Source: a virus. Taken from it: a stretch of DNA of 23,643 nt. Below, in pieces: positions 22,767 through 23,643 of this stretch. The notes beneath the pieces are model-generated. The model ran no database searches and was not told the origin of the DNA. It worked only from the letters and a program-made list of their open reading frames with translations. Position 1 is the stretch's first letter; the number at the start of each line of letters is the position of its first letter. The position numbers and the translations under genes are program-made. The stretch is taken from UHGV virus genome UHGV-1377030. One strand, given 5' to 3'.

Positions 22767-23643
22767 ATGGGTAAAGGTAGCAGTAAGGGGCATACCCCGC
22801 GCGAAGCGAAGGACAACCTGAAATCCACGCAGTTACTGAGTGTGATCGATGTCATCAGCGAAGGGCCGATTGAAGGTCCGGTGGATGGATTAAAAAGCGT
22901 GCTGCTGAACAGTACACCGGTGCTGGACAGTGAGGGGAATACCAACATCTCCGGTGTCACGGTGGTGTTCCGGGCAGGTGAGCAGGAGCAGACACCGCCG
23001 GAGGGATTTGAATCCTCCGGTTCCGAGACGGTGCTGGGTACGGAAGTGAAATACGACACGCCGATCACCCGGACCATCACGTCTGCAAACATCGACCGTC
23101 TGCGCTTTACCTTCGGTGTGCAGGCTCTGGTGGAAACCACCTCAAAGGGGGACCGGAATCCGTCGGAAGTCCGCCTGCTGGTTCAGATCCAGCGTAATGG
23201 TGGCTGGGTGACGGAAAAAGACATCACCATTAAGGGCAAAACCACCTCGCAGTATCTGGCCTCGGTGGTGGTGGGTAACCTGCCGCCGCGCCCGTTTAAT
23301 ATCCGGATGCGCAGAATGACGCCGGACAGCACCACAGACCAGCTGCAGAACAAAACGCTCTGGTCGTCATACACCGAAATCATCGATGTGAAACAGTGCT
23401 ACCCGAACACGGCACTGGTCGGCGTGCAGGTGGATTCGGAGCAGTTCGGCAGCCAGCAGGTGAGCCGTAATTATCATCTTCGCGGGCGCATTCTGCAGGT
23501 GCCGTCGAACTATAACCCGCAGACGCGACAATACAGCGGTATCTGGGACGGAACGTTAAAACCAGCATACAGCAACAACATGGCCTGGTGTCTGTGGGAT
23601 ATGCTGACCCACCCGCGCTACGGCATGGGGAAACGTCTTGGTG
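22767..23643 (+). CDS. J: Central tail fibre / host specificity protein, lambda gpJ-like (3' end outside window)
   Basis: ATG at 22767; MGKGSSKGHTPREAKDNLKSTQLLSVIDVISEGPIEGPVDGLKSVLLNSTPVLD... matches the lambda J N-terminus. Frame stays open to the window end, so it is absent from the complete-ORF track. Confidence 0.85.
   Translation, partial: MGKGSSKGHTPREAKDNLKSTQLLSVIDVISEGPIEGPVDGLKSVLLNSTPVLDSEGNTNISGVTVVFRAGEQEQTPPEGFESSGSETVLGTEVKYDTPITRTITSANIDRLRFTFGVQALVETTSKGDRNPSEVRLLVQIQRNGGWVTEKDITIKGKTTSQYLASVVVGNLPPRPFNIRMRRMTPDSTTDQLQNKTLWSSYTEIIDVKQCYPNTALVGVQVDSEQFGSQQVSRNYHLRGRILQVPSNYNPQTRQYSGIWDGTLKPAYSNNMAWCLWDMLTHPRYGMGKRLG

Overview
The window is the head and tail morphogenesis operon of a lambda-like prophage (portal B 3' part, C/Nu3, D, E, FI, FII, Z, U, V, G, G-T, H, M, L, K, I, J 5' part, all on the + strand), with protein sequences that match phage lambda as I remember it. 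The major capsid gene E is split by an insertion of about 10.7 kb (roughly 3012..13737) flanked by a 10-bp direct repeat (aacccaagca). The insert looks like a phage satellite: P4-type integrase, AlpA-like regulator, divergent regulator with operator repeats, primase/helicase next to an iteron origin, and an SSB-like protein. It also carries its own homologues of the capsid protein E and decoration protein D (in inverted order relative to lambda), a small HTH protein, and a lambda-type cos site with conserved cosB elements but a divergent cosN. Between cos and the right junction sits an AT-rich cargo gene encoding a TIR-domain protein with an unrecognised C-terminal domain, which is the best candidate for an undescribed defence system. 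All homology statements come from reading the translations and from memory of lambda and P4 families; no database search was run.
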